Below are positions 40,525-51,020 of a stretch of 64,000 nt of DNA, piece by piece. The stretch spans positions 1 to 64,000 of the forward strand of contig JAVBWN010000030.1 in the NCBI GenBank assembly GCA_036677365.1, written 5' to 3'. The notes beneath the pieces are model-generated. The model ran no database searches. It worked only from the letters and a program-made list of their open reading frames with translations, and was not told the origin of the DNA. The stretch's first letter is position 1; each line of letters begins with the position of its first letter. Both the position numbers and the translations under genes were made by a program. This DNA is from Acholeplasma sp. GTDB lineage: Bacteria > Bacillota_I > Bacilli_A > Acholeplasmatales > UBA5453.

Positions 40525-43026
40525 ATGAAGAGAAAACTCATTAAAGTAGCCATCCTATCGTTGCTGGCTTTAAGTAGTACACTGTTTGTTATTTCACAAG
40601 TTATGGGGTATCGTTCCGTTTATCAACCAAGACCTTCATATGATAAGACAGGTTTTGTTGATAAAGATGACTTTGTCGGAAATGACATAGTGCTCGAAAA
40701 TGCACAATTCAAGTGGACTTTGAATACAACCAATACAACATTTGAATTATTCGATAAAACGACGGCTCAAACATGGTACTCCAATCCACAACACGATACG
40801 TTACTCATTCCAGCCGATGCAAGAGAATTGTTCGTTTTATATTATGAACGGAAAATCGAAGCTTCCAAAAGGGTCAGCGTGAACGAGGAATCCATTCAAT
40901 ACAACCGATTTAGTTTTAGAGTCACTAACGACTCGGTTGAAGTCTTGTATAAAGTAGGTGGCAAACACAACATTTCAATGACCGATTTGCCACGACAAGT
41001 AGGGAAAGAAAAATTCGATGAAAAGATACTGATTCCACTAGAAGAAAAAGCAGAAACCAATTCAACCATTCGTAGACAGTTGAGTTTCTTGAAAGCACAA
41101 TTTAACTATGTGGAGGCGGAAAAAAGATTTTACCTCAAAACACTCACTTCACAAGATAGCATCGATATCGTTTACAACCTGATTTTCAATGAATCTTTAT
41201 ATACCCAAGAAGATTATGAAGAAGATGCACTCACTTATGGATTTGAAACATCCAAAGCATTACCATATTTTGAATTTTCAGTGAAATACGCATTAACCAA
41301 TACAGGATTCAAGACAACCCTCATCAACGACTCCATCGTAGAAAGTGAAGATTTTCCACTGGCATTTATCGATGTTTTACCGTTTTTCGGTGCTGGCAAT
41401 ATGGGGGACACTGGTTTCACAGTCATCCCAGATGGGTCGGGTATTTATGTTGATCACAATAATCAAAAATACAGTTCTACTGTATATGAAAAAAGAATAT
41501 ATGGGTCGGATTTATCGATAGGTAACGCACATGCTGTCAAACCAGACCAAGGCGAGAAAATTGGATTTCCAATGTATGGATATCAATTAAATGGGTATGC
41601 GTATTTCAATACGATTGAAGCTGGCGATGCCATGTCTACACTACGCGCAGGTTTCTTAACGGAATCCGCATCTGGAAGTTATGTACACAAAATACCTTAC
41701 GTACACTATCGATATGCGTTGAGAGAACGTGACGCGTTTATTTTCCAATCCTCGGCACAATCCCAACGTGTTACCTCCTATACCACAGATTACAATAAAC
41801 AAGATTTTGTTGCTTATTATCAGTTTTTACCAAATTCGAACGCGACATATTTCGATATCGCTAAAATGTACCAACAATACCTTGTTCACAGATTCGATTG
41901 GCAACCCATCCTGTCTCAGTACGGCACAGCCATCACGTTGTTGGGTGGTTATAAGGAAAAATCTTATGTTTTAGGCATTCCAACAACACGTGTTAAAGCA
42001 TTGACTTCCGTAGATGGTGTTATGAAAATCAAAGCAGCATTGATGGATAAAGGTATAGATGATTTGTCATTGACATATTTTGGTTTCTCAAATGATGGCA
42101 TCAAACCAACCGTGTATAAAGAACTGACTTATAATGACAAGGTTGCTACAGAAAAGCAATTAAAGAAGTTGATTAATTCACTCCATAGTCAAGACATTCC
42201 AATGTATTTGGAGTTCATGGCATCAGAAGCCTATACTAAACAGAATTTGAATTTAGATAAAGAAGTTTCACAAAACATTTTCCATAACCCTGTATATCGG
42301 TATCCCTATGACGAGGCAACATTTTTAGCTGATCGTACTCAGACCATCCGTTATATCTTAAATATCCCAACCCAGCAAAAAGTGCTCCATCAAATCGTGA
42401 AATCCACAGACCGACTCAATGCCAATATTGGGTTAGCTGACTTTGGAAGTCAGATAGCATCGAACCTACAAAAAGGCTCCATCATGTTTAGAAATGAAGT
42501 GGTTGCGATGCAAATTGAAATGCTTGAGCAGTTAAAAGATCAGCAATTACAATTACGTAACCCTAACCTATACGCATTGAACTATGCAGATAGCATTTTG
42601 GACCTAAGTGTTACGGGGACTCTTCACAAAATTGTGGATTATGACATACCATTCATTCAAATGGTTTTAAATGGATACTTTAATTATGCTGGGCCATCTA
42701 TTAATACCTATAATCAAAAAACTGTGAACTGGCATTTACTTAAGACCATTGAAACAGGGGCTAATGTACAATGGACATTTACCGAACGAAACACGATTGA
42801 CTTGGTCAAAACAGAGTATAACCATTTATATGCCACATATTATGCTTATTGGCTATCAGATGTTGAACGTATCCATGATGTTATAGCAGACCTCGGTATT
42901 ATGAATAAAAAAATTGTTAAGCATGAAGTGCTCAATCCGCAAGGATCATGGATTGAAGTGACATATGAAGGCAATTTGGTCATAAGAATTAATTATGAAA
43001 CAGAAAGCTTTGTGGTGGTATCATGA
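40525..43026 (+). CDS. DUF5696-like large extracellular protein
   Basis: N-terminal anchor, WYSNP, LPFFGAG, IPDGSG, IYG.D, IPFIQMVLNG, IETGA; usual position in this ABC module. Confidence 0.7.
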   Translation: MKRKLIKVAILSLLALSSTLFVISQVMGYRSVYQPRPSYDKTGFVDKDDFVGNDIVLENAQFKWTLNTTNTTFELFDKTTAQTWYSNPQHDTLLIPADARELFVLYYERKIEASKRVSVNEESIQYNRFSFRVTNDSVEVLYKVGGKHNISMTDLPRQVGKEKFDEKILIPLEEKAETNSTIRRQLSFLKAQFNYVEAEKRFYLKTLTSQDSIDIVYNLIFNESLYTQEDYEEDALTYGFETSKALPYFEFSVKYALTNTGFKTTLINDSIVESEDFPLAFIDVLPFFGAGNMGDTGFTVIPDGSGIYVDHNNQKYSSTVYEKRIYGSDLSIGNAHAVKPDQGEKIGFPMYGYQLNGYAYFNTIEAGDAMSTLRAGFLTESASGSYVHKIPYVHYRYALRERDAFIFQSSAQSQRVTSYTTDYNKQDFVAYYQFLPNSNATYFDIAKMYQQYLVHRFDWQPILSQYGTAITLLGGYKEKSYVLGIPTTRVKALTSVDGVMKIKAALMDKGIDDLSLTYFGFSNDGIKPTVYKELTYNDKVATEKQLKKLINSLHSQDIPMYLEFMASEAYTKQNLNLDKEVSQNIFHNPVYRYPYDEATFLADRTQTIRYILNIPTQQKVLHQIVKSTDRLNANIGLADFGSQIASNLQKGSIMFRNEVVAMQIEMLEQLKDQQLQLRNPNLYALNYADSILDLSVTGTLHKIVDYDIPFIQMVLNGYFNYAGPSINTYNQKTVNWHLLKTIETGANVQWTFTERNTIDLVKTEYNHLYATYYAYWLSDVERIHDVIADLGIMNKKIVKHEVLNPQGSWIEVTYEGNLVIRINYETESFVVVS

Positions 43027-44204
43027 AAAAACTAAAAAAGACATATTATGGTACAGAAGCCTTGTCGAAACAACGCATTAAAACCGAGAAAACCATCCTT
43101 CGCTTAAAATCAAACAATGCTACTTTTGAACAAGATATTCAAAATATGATGGCTAAAAACGAGCAAAAACATATTCGAAAGATTGTAAAACTCGCAGACC
43201 AAGTTCAGAAGAATAAAATCCGATTAACTAGACTTGAGGCTCGAATACATCAGATTGATGCTGGAAGTTTGGAAAAAGAGTCACTCTATCAACGTTACCG
43301 ATTATGGTTCTCAAATATACCATATCGAAAACAAAAATACATTTGGGGGATTGTGTTTACAGTGCCTTGGATGTTGGGTATGGCACTGTTCTTTTTACCC
43401 TCCTTCATTAAATCGATTTGGTGGAGCTTCAATCAAGTAGTACCCACCTCTAGTGGTTTAACCATCACATTTAATGGAATTGCGAACTATATTGAACTCT
43501 TTAGAAGTTACGTCATTGACGGTAATAACGTATTTTCCGTTCAATTATATTTATTCATTCAAAATTTACTCATTGACCTACCCATCATTTTGATATTTTC
43601 AATCTTGATTGCAACATTCTTAAACAAACCATTTAAAGGTCATAAGTGGATTAAAGCGATTTTCTTTATTCCTGTAATCTACAACTTTACACTGATCTCA
43701 GATACACTATCTAAAGGTTTTGGTCAATACATCGATGCTTCAACTGGGGCCGATCAAATGTTTGTCCAACAACTTGCAGGGTTCTTCATGGATATTGGGA
43801 TCGGCAACAGTTTGATGTCAATCGTAATGAATGCAGTCGATCGCATTTTCATGATTGTGAATTTATCCGGCATCCAAATTCTCATTTTTATCGCAGCCAT
43901 TCAATCCATTCCAAACCAATTATATGAGGCAGCCAAAATGGAAGGTGCAACTAAGTATGAGATATTTTGGAAGATTACCATAGCGATGATTACCCCTTTG
44001 ATTTTGACAGCAGCAGTATTTACGGTAGTGGATTCCTTCACCAGAGCACCGATTTATCGATTTTTGGATTATGCGATGACACAAAATAGATACGGTTTAG
44101 CAGCCACCATATCTGTGAGTTATTTTGCCATCAATGTCACCATCATTGGTTTAGTATTTTTAGCGATGAAAGGCAGGGTGTTCTATTACGATGACCGCAA
44201 ATAA
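43023..44204 (+). CDS. Carbohydrate ABC transporter permease with charged N-terminal extension
   Basis: LYEAAKMEGA..FWKIT, VVDSF; about 100 aa hydrophilic N-terminus. Confidence 0.88.
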   Translation: MKKLKKTYYGTEALSKQRIKTEKTILRLKSNNATFEQDIQNMMAKNEQKHIRKIVKLADQVQKNKIRLTRLEARIHQIDAGSLEKESLYQRYRLWFSNIPYRKQKYIWGIVFTVPWMLGMALFFLPSFIKSIWWSFNQVVPTSSGLTITFNGIANYIELFRSYVIDGNNVFSVQLYLFIQNLLIDLPIILIFSILIATFLNKPFKGHKWIKAIFFIPVIYNFTLISDTLSKGFGQYIDASTGADQMFVQQLAGFFMDIGIGNSLMSIVMNAVDRIFMIVNLSGIQILIFIAAIQSIPNQLYEAAKMEGATKYEIFWKITIAMITPLILTAAVFTVVDSFTRAPIYRFLDYAMTQNRYGLAATISVSYFAINVTIIGLVFLAMKGRVFYYDDRK

Positions 44205-45234
44205 AACACAATTCCTCAATCAAACATTTCAAAAACTGAAACAAGCATCCATCAAAGTTTATGATAAAAAGCTAAGTACTAGCTACAAGCGGACCATGAC
44301 TTTTGAAAGTATTTTGGCTTGGTTTGCTTTGATGGTCAAATATTTCTTACTTTATGGGCTGGCATTCATCATATTGTATCCACTAATACAGCAGATTGCG
44401 ATTGCGCTAAGAGCACCTGAAGACATCAATAATCCATTGGTTTTATGGATTCCTGAAACATTTTCTTGGATGAATTTTAGGATTTCAGCGATTGTATTGG
44501 ATTATTGGAATGCATTGAAGAATTCGATTATGCTTTCTGGTATTGTCACCTTATTACAATTGCTGTGTACGGCACTGGCAGGGTATGCTTTTGCAAGACT
44601 AAAATTTAAAGGACAAAAGATTTTATTTGGGTTGGTTTTAACGACCATCATCGTTGCACCGAGTACAATCGAACTACCACTTAAAATCACGTTAATGAAT
44701 TTTTTAGGCACAGGACAATCCTTGTTAGGAACACCAATGATTTTGTATATTTTCGCCGCTACAGGTATGGGCATAAAGTCAGGGATATTCATATACCTAT
44801 TTAGACAGTTTTTCAGGGGTATCCCAGAAGAATTAGAAGAAGCTGCCCATGTTGATGGCGCAAACCCGATTCAAGTATTTTTTAGGGTCATGTTGCCAAA
44901 CGCGAGGGGTGCGATGGTTTTAGTTGGCATATTGACATTCGTTTGGCAATGGAATGATGCTTATTTTACAGCCAACTTTGTCTCAAAAATCAATAGCGAT
45001 TTTGCGACTTTGACTACCAAAATGATGTCTATTCGAAATGCCATACAAGGTGCGATTCAACAGGCAGGTGTATGGCAATTATTCGATCAAGATGTCACAC
45101 AAAATCCATTATTTACATCCATGGTACTCAATACCAGTGCGATGTTATCCATGATTCCATTATTGATTTTTTACTTATTGGTTCAAAAAGTATTATTCAC
45201 CGAAGGTATTGAACGCAGTGGCCTTGTAGGCTAG
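44191..45234 (+). CDS. Carbohydrate ABC transporter permease
   Basis: GYAFARL.F.G, RQFFRGIPEELEEAAHVDGA, WQWND. Confidence 0.92.
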   Translation: MTANKTQFLNQTFQKLKQASIKVYDKKLSTSYKRTMTFESILAWFALMVKYFLLYGLAFIILYPLIQQIAIALRAPEDINNPLVLWIPETFSWMNFRISAIVLDYWNALKNSIMLSGIVTLLQLLCTALAGYAFARLKFKGQKILFGLVLTTIIVAPSTIELPLKITLMNFLGTGQSLLGTPMILYIFAATGMGIKSGIFIYLFRQFFRGIPEELEEAAHVDGANPIQVFFRVMLPNARGAMVLVGILTFVWQWNDAYFTANFVSKINSDFATLTTKMMSIRNAIQGAIQQAGVWQLFDQDVTQNPLFTSMVLNTSAMLSMIPLLIFYLLVQKVLFTEGIERSGLVG

Positions 45235-45260
45235 TTTAAGATAAGAAAGGGAGAACAAAC

Positions 45261-46745
45261 ATGAAAAAGATTATTGCTTTAATGTCATTTGTAGTCATGG
45301 TTTTCGTTTTGGTCGGTTGTGGTACAACCAAACCCAATCCAAATCCGAATCCCAACCCAAATCCGGATCCGGATCCCGTAGAAAAGACTTACGATTTAGG
45401 TGGTATTGATTTCGTCATTATGTGCGACTTGGCTGCAAAATGTGACCCAAGAAGTGCGTCATATGAACGCCTATTCAAACAAGAAAAAGTCGATAAAATC
45501 ACAGCAGTAGAAGAAAAATACAATGTTAAGGTTGTATTTAGAAATTACCCTACCAACGCTTCATGGGGTGGTGCACGCGAACGCTATATCATCGAAGAAT
45601 CCGCATTGAAAACACAAGCGGTTCATGTGTATGAAATCATTTCAACCTCAATTCCTAATTTGGCTCAACAAGGGGCGATTGTGGCACTAGATGATTATAT
45701 TGATGCTTATGGATCAGACTTATTCTGGCCAGAAAAGAAAGCCTATGGTGAGGTTAAAGGCAAACATTATGGTTACGATGACCAATATCCAATCGCTGAC
45801 AAGGGCTTATACTATAATATTGATTTACTTGCACGTGTACTAGGTGAATCCAGAAAAAATGAACCTGCACAACTTTGGGCAGATGGTAATTGGAACTGGT
45901 CAACATTCAGTGCACTTGCCAATGAATTAAAATCAAAATTAGACCACACCAGAACAGATGAAAACGGTGGGGCACAATATGTATTTGGCGGTAGAACATA
46001 CAACTGGGCTTATGGTTTTATTGGTGCGAACGGTGGTCAACTTGTTGATGCGCAATTTAAGACACATTTAACTTCTCAGCCTGTACTCGATACACTCGAA
46101 TACTTAGCCGGTTTATATGCAGTTGAAGGCATGTGGATTGATAATGCCAATTTATCGAATACTTCACAACCACAATTCACTGCAGGTAATGTGGTATTCC
46201 AAGATGGTGAATCTTGGCATATCAACGCATCGAACAAATGGGGGAGTGCAAATTTCAAAATCGATTATGTGCCATACCCTGTAGGTCCGAATGTGGGTTC
46301 CGATATGTCAAAATATAAAGTGCTTCAAGTAGGTGGGAAATCCACACATGTCATCTCATCCTCATTCTCAAAAGCAGATATACCAGCGGGATATGAAGAT
46401 TTGATGATCCACGATGAAATCATTTTCAAAATATGGGCAGACATGCAATATTTCCCAGAAACAATCGAACAAATCCAAGATGATTTCTACAATGTTCGTC
46501 TGTTAGCAAACTACACAACCGAGCTTTCTAGAAATATACATTTAGATCTAATTAGTATCACAAAACCAGATTATTTTTACAGTGTGATTGAGTCTCAAGC
46601 ACAAACCGATACATCCTTTATGATCATGATTCAACAATCCATTCGTCAAGCAGAAGTACGTTCAATTATGACTTCAACCGAAGCCAATTTACGAGCATTA
46701 CTACAAGAACGTTACAATTTAGGCGAAGGATACTACAACCAATAA
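45261..46745 (+). CDS. Carbohydrate ABC solute-binding lipoprotein
   Basis: Lipobox LVGC, (PN)n linker, EEKYNVK, YYNIDL, GNWNW..F, PYPVGP. Confidence 0.85.
   Translation: MKKIIALMSFVVMVFVLVGCGTTKPNPNPNPNPNPDPDPVEKTYDLGGIDFVIMCDLAAKCDPRSASYERLFKQEKVDKITAVEEKYNVKVVFRNYPTNASWGGARERYIIEESALKTQAVHVYEIISTSIPNLAQQGAIVALDDYIDAYGSDLFWPEKKAYGEVKGKHYGYDDQYPIADKGLYYNIDLLARVLGESRKNEPAQLWADGNWNWSTFSALANELKSKLDHTRTDENGGAQYVFGGRTYNWAYGFIGANGGQLVDAQFKTHLTSQPVLDTLEYLAGLYAVEGMWIDNANLSNTSQPQFTAGNVVFQDGESWHINASNKWGSANFKIDYVPYPVGPNVGSDMSKYKVLQVGGKSTHVISSSFSKADIPAGYEDLMIHDEIIFKIWADMQYFPETIEQIQDDFYNVRLLANYTTELSRNIHLDLISITKPDYFYSVIESQAQTDTSFMIMIQQSIRQAEVRSIMTSTEANLRALLQERYNLGEGYYNQ
45334..45378 (+). repeat. Pro-Asn/Pro-Asp dipeptide linker repeat
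   Basis: PNPNPNPNPNPDPDP right after the lipobox; synonymous codons vary. Confidence 0.8.
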
Positions 46746-46752
46746 TAAAAGA

Positions 46753-46781
46753 AAGCGTCAAAGTAAGTCGCTTTGACGCTT
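46753..46781 (+). terminator. Internal stem-loop after the SBP gene
   Basis: AAGCGTCAAAG-TAAGTCG-CTTTGACGCTT 11-bp stem with weak U-tail. Confidence 0.6.
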
Positions 46782-46809
46782 ATCTTTGTGTTTAAACAGT
46801 GAGGACAAA

Positions 46810-47394
46810 ATGAAAAAAGTCGTTTTTATGGGTGACTCGATCACCGCAGGATTCAAACAACTCAATGCATTTCCAAATATTAAGAACATGGGTGTTGGCG
46901 GATACAAATCAACAGAACTCATTCCACTCGTAAAAGAACTCCGGCTTGAACAACCTGAGGTATTGTTTCTCATGATTGGAATCAATGATTTCTTGTGTAA
47001 TAAACGTTTTTGGCCACATGGATACACCATACCATTTGAAAAAACGTACGACACATTATTAGATCTTATTACAACCAATTTACCGAGAACAAAAATCTAC
47101 TTATCCTCTATCCTACCGATGCGTGGTAGAAGTGAAGGTCTCTTAGTAGAAAGAAATGTCAAAGTTTTTAATCAAGAAATCGACGTCATTAACCAGTTCA
47201 TACATCAAAAATCAAAAGCCTATAAATGCCATTTTTTAAACTTAAATGCTGTATTTAAACAGGATGGTTTATTAAATGAAACTTATACCATCGATGGTAT
47301 TCACTTATCCGAGATTGGCTATGAAGTCTATCTGAGCTGTTTGAAAAACATTGAACCCGAACTATTTAAAGACAAAGGTAAGGAGTTAATATGA
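46810..47394 (+). CDS. SGNH/GDSL hydrolase (putative O-acetylesterase)
   Basis: GDSIT, MGVGG, IGIND, DGIH blocks; GAGG RBS. Confidence 0.88.
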   Translation: MKKVVFMGDSITAGFKQLNAFPNIKNMGVGGYKSTELIPLVKELRLEQPEVLFLMIGINDFLCNKRFWPHGYTIPFEKTYDTLLDLITTNLPRTKIYLSSILPMRGRSEGLLVERNVKVFNQEIDVINQFIHQKSKAYKCHFLNLNAVFKQDGLLNETYTIDGIHLSEIGYEVYLSCLKNIEPELFKDKGKELI

Positions 47395-48767
47395 AAAAAA
47401 CATTATCTATTTTCATGATCATCGTATTAATGATGGGCATCGTTGGGTGTCAAAATCAACCAAACATTGATCCTACACCCACACCAGATCCTGATGAAGA
47501 AAAACTATTAAACGACAAAATCGCACCGATACTTTCATTTTTGGATGCATCCAAACGAAATGTATCTGTCCCTCAGAATGGAGAATTCAATATTTTCGAA
47601 GGGTTACGTGCCATCGATAACCTTGAAGGCGATATTTCAAGCAAAATTGAAGTAGATGCTGTTGGATTTGATATCACAACGCCAGGGACTTATGAAGTCA
47701 TTTTCTTTGTCACAGATCGTGCTGGGAATGCATCGAATTTTTTATCCAAATTCATTACCGTAACCCCGGTTTATGAGATACTTGCTAGGTATCCAATTTA
47801 TACAGAAGTCATCATGAATGAAGCCTCAGCACCCACACCACCTTCATGTTTTCAGGGGGCATATTATCATAAAGTATTTTCCTCAAAAGATTACTGGACG
47901 GGTATTGAGGCAGAGGTTACTCTACCAATGCCAGACATTAATCGTTATGATGCAGCCTATAATGATTCGTTAGATATTGACCCAAATGCTAGAAATTTGG
48001 ACAATCCATCGTTATATATGGGTGGTCATGCAATGACTGAATCCGATGTGGGTTTATCTTTAAAAACCGCACTTTTCAAAAATAATTCTGGTGTTTCTGC
48101 CATCTCTGTAGGTTCATACGCATTCCGTCCATTTTGGCGTTACATTACCACACATAGTTATGATGCTGGGTCATACGATCGACCAAATGGTCGCTTCTAT
48201 AGCGTATCTTGCACCGGCAGTGGAACCACAAAGAACTGTATCGCAAACTGGGATTTTCAAGATACGCAGTATTATTACCTACCTGGTGATAAAGTGAGAA
48301 TGATTATCTATTCACCAAAGCCAAACTGGTTACAACTTCAAATTGAATTAATAGAAGCGTCTACACTGCCGTATTCAGTGGGTGTTAGAACATTCAATGG
48401 TTGGAAACAACCAGAATCCTTCATATCCCCAATTTTTCCTAGTTCTGGACACGGCGATATGAAAGCTGAGTTCAAGCGTGTGAACGCAATAGATCAAGTT
48501 GCCAATGAGGGGAAGCCTGCGCATGCATCCACAACTGTAGTACGTGAGGCCATTTGGCATAATACCTATTTGTACCGTAAAATAAATGGTGTAAACCATC
48601 GCGTGCCGATGAATATGTCACGCGCAGCTGTGATGAATTGCCCATTACCTACCCAATTTGTAAGTTCTGGGATAGATGCATTGACTGGTGGGGAAACCGT
48701 AAGTATTTATGCTGCCGGGGCACCCACAATGGCGTTGCCAATCGATCCATATAAAAGAAAAGATTAA
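47391..48767 (+). CDS. Lipoprotein: Ig-like (DUF5011-like) domain plus uncharacterised domain, paralogue 2
   Basis: Lipobox IVGC, PTPTPDP linker, AIDNLEGDIS..PGTYEV..VTDRAGN Ig-like module, then shared motifs with 25995 and 53303. Confidence 0.85.
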   Translation: MKKTLSIFMIIVLMMGIVGCQNQPNIDPTPTPDPDEEKLLNDKIAPILSFLDASKRNVSVPQNGEFNIFEGLRAIDNLEGDISSKIEVDAVGFDITTPGTYEVIFFVTDRAGNASNFLSKFITVTPVYEILARYPIYTEVIMNEASAPTPPSCFQGAYYHKVFSSKDYWTGIEAEVTLPMPDINRYDAAYNDSLDIDPNARNLDNPSLYMGGHAMTESDVGLSLKTALFKNNSGVSAISVGSYAFRPFWRYITTHSYDAGSYDRPNGRFYSVSCTGSGTTKNCIANWDFQDTQYYYLPGDKVRMIIYSPKPNWLQLQIELIEASTLPYSVGVRTFNGWKQPESFISPIFPSSGHGDMKAEFKRVNAIDQVANEGKPAHASTTVVREAIWHNTYLYRKINGVNHRVPMNMSRAAVMNCPLPTQFVSSGIDALTGGETVSIYAAGAPTMALPIDPYKRKD

Positions 48768-48778
48768 CAGAGGTCTAT

Positions 48779-50293
48779 ATGAAAAAAATAGCAGTTCTAC
48801 CTTTAGATGAAAGACCATGCAATTATCGATTTAATCAATTGCTTATTCAAGGCACACCTTATGAAGTTATTTCTCCAGACATTTCAATACTCGGCAACAA
48901 AAAGCAAAAAGGCCATTTGGACAAGATAGCAAATTGGCTTCTTCAAATCGCAAGCACTGTCGATGGCATCGTTTGTGCTGTAGATACACTTGTTTATGGC
49001 GGTATTGTGCCATCGAGATTGCACCATGATGACACAGAAACATTGCTAAATAGATTACATGTACTGAGAAACATTAAAAACCGATACCCCAAATTGAAGT
49101 TATTTGCTTATAACTTGATCATGCGAAATCCGAAATATTCAAGTTCAGAAGAGGAACCTGATTATTATGAGCAATGGGGGCGAGAAATCCACTTATATGG
49201 TGTATATGAGCACAAACAATCCTTACAACAATTGTCACCAGCTGATCAAACACATTTCGAACACATCAAATCAACGATAGATAAAGCAGCGCTCAATGAT
49301 TACCTTATACGTCGTCAACAAAACATTGAAGTCAACTTGGCATTCCTAGAAATGATTAAGGATGGCACGATTGATTTTGGAATCGTTCCTCAAGACGATT
49401 CAAGTCCGTATGGGCTTACCGCGATTGATCAAAAAATCATCCGTAGACGCATCAAAGAACTCAACATTGAACTCAAATGTTACATGTACCCTGGTGCAGA
49501 TGAGGTAACCAATGTTTTATTGGTTAGAATGGTCAATTTTTATCAAAACATCAAACCAAAGTTTTACATTCATTATGCTTCAATTACTGGTGGACAACAA
49601 ATCCCACTCTATGAAGATCGACTACTTCATGAAACAGTCAAGTATCAAATCTTAGCGGCTGGCGGATGCATTGTATCTTCCATGAATGAAGCCGATTTAA
49701 TGTTAATGATCAATGTTCCATCAGGAAACATGAAAGAAGCATCAAACCAACATGAAGCCAGTTTAGAGTATGATGCTTTTAGAAACTTGATAGAATACGT
49801 TGAACTCGCAAACTATGGCATTGAAATGGGGAAAAACGTCATTATTGCCGATGTGGCCTATGCCAACGGTGGGGATTTGAACTTACTCAAATTGTTACGA
49901 CAAAAAGGCATCTTATACAAGGTATCTGCTTATGCTGGATGGAATACTTCATCCAACACGTTGGGTACATGTATCCCACAAGGGGTTTTGGATTTTATTT
50001 TCCCCAACAGGTCAAACAACCTTGATTTTTTAGCACTTAGATATGTGGAAGATTTTGGGTATTGCTCTATTGTAAGGAAATCCATCGCTGACCATTTAGT
50101 TTTGCCAAACCATTATTTCTTGTTGGATGGCAAACGTGGTCAAGTCGTAAACCAAATTCGTGAAGCTTTGCAAACATTTATCAATCAAGAACTCAACACA
50201 GAGGGTGTGTTTATCGTCTTAGATGATGTCTACTCACCATGGAATCGAATGTTTGAAACGGGGCTTGAAGTACATGTCGATCAAAATCAGTGA
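48779..50293 (+). CDS. DUF4127 family protein
   Basis: LPLDERPCN, YGGIVPSR, IMR.P..SSEEEPDYY, QDDS, YPGADE, DVAYANG, YAGWNTSSNTLG. Confidence 0.85.
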   Translation: MKKIAVLPLDERPCNYRFNQLLIQGTPYEVISPDISILGNKKQKGHLDKIANWLLQIASTVDGIVCAVDTLVYGGIVPSRLHHDDTETLLNRLHVLRNIKNRYPKLKLFAYNLIMRNPKYSSSEEEPDYYEQWGREIHLYGVYEHKQSLQQLSPADQTHFEHIKSTIDKAALNDYLIRRQQNIEVNLAFLEMIKDGTIDFGIVPQDDSSPYGLTAIDQKIIRRRIKELNIELKCYMYPGADEVTNVLLVRMVNFYQNIKPKFYIHYASITGGQQIPLYEDRLLHETVKYQILAAGGCIVSSMNEADLMLMINVPSGNMKEASNQHEASLEYDAFRNLIEYVELANYGIEMGKNVIIADVAYANGGDLNLLKLLRQKGILYKVSAYAGWNTSSNTLGTCIPQGVLDFIFPNRSNNLDFLALRYVEDFGYCSIVRKSIADHLVLPNHYFLLDGKRGQVVNQIREALQTFINQELNTEGVFIVLDDVYSPWNRMFETGLEVHVDQNQ

Positions 50294-51020
50294 TCATCTA
50301 TTCGATGGGGTACCGTGTACCATCTATCAAAAAGAAGATTCAAAAACCAAACCTTTGATTTATTTTTTCCACGGATTCACAGGCAATAAAGATGCCAATA
50401 TCATGGGACGCGGGGAAGTACTCGCTGAACTTGGGTTTTGTGTCGTTGCCATCGATGCGTACTTACATGGACAACGCATGAGTATTCTTGAACGTCACCG
50501 TTCGAATATTGATAAATATCAAGACATCATTGAAATTGTTATACACACGGCACAGGATGCAAAACGTTTATTTGACAAGTACTTCAAGTACATGCCGAAT
50601 ATTCAGCCAGAAGTATATTATGCTTATGGTGTGTCTATGGGCAGTTTAACAGCATTCTATTTAGCCACGATTGACGAAGCATTAAAAGCAATGGTCGGAC
50701 TTGTATGTACCCCATCTTTTGTCGAATATTATCGTGACAAAGCGTCTTTATATGGCTTCAATACAGGTTTCTTTTATGAAAGAAAGTTAGCTTGGTACCA
50801 ACCCATTGACCCAATGAACCAGTTGGATAAATTAAAACATAAACGGATTTTTATGGGGATTGGCATACACGATGATGTTGTAAATCCAAAATATGCAAAA
50901 AATCTCCACGAACTGCTGCCTGAAACCATCCTGAAATCGTATGAAACCGGTCACGTTTCAACCCCGGAAATGCTTGAAGATAGTTATCGCTTCTTAAAAC
51001 TAGAGGTTTTCCATGATTGA
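50274..51020 (+). CDS. Alpha/beta-fold serine hydrolase (esterase) 1
   Basis: HGF oxyanion, HG.R, GVSMG nucleophile, DDVV, TGH. Confidence 0.85.
   Translation: MSIKISDHLFDGVPCTIYQKEDSKTKPLIYFFHGFTGNKDANIMGRGEVLAELGFCVVAIDAYLHGQRMSILERHRSNIDKYQDIIEIVIHTAQDAKRLFDKYFKYMPNIQPEVYYAYGVSMGSLTAFYLATIDEALKAMVGLVCTPSFVEYYRDKASLYGFNTGFFYERKLAWYQPIDPMNQLDKLKHKRIFMGIGIHDDVVNPKYAKNLHELLPETILKSYETGHVSTPEMLEDSYRFLKLEVFHD

Noticed and set aside
45334..45378. (PN)n repeat as a phase-variation or slippage tract
   Set aside because: Codons are synonymous-diverse and the 6-nt unit keeps frame; it is a protein linker
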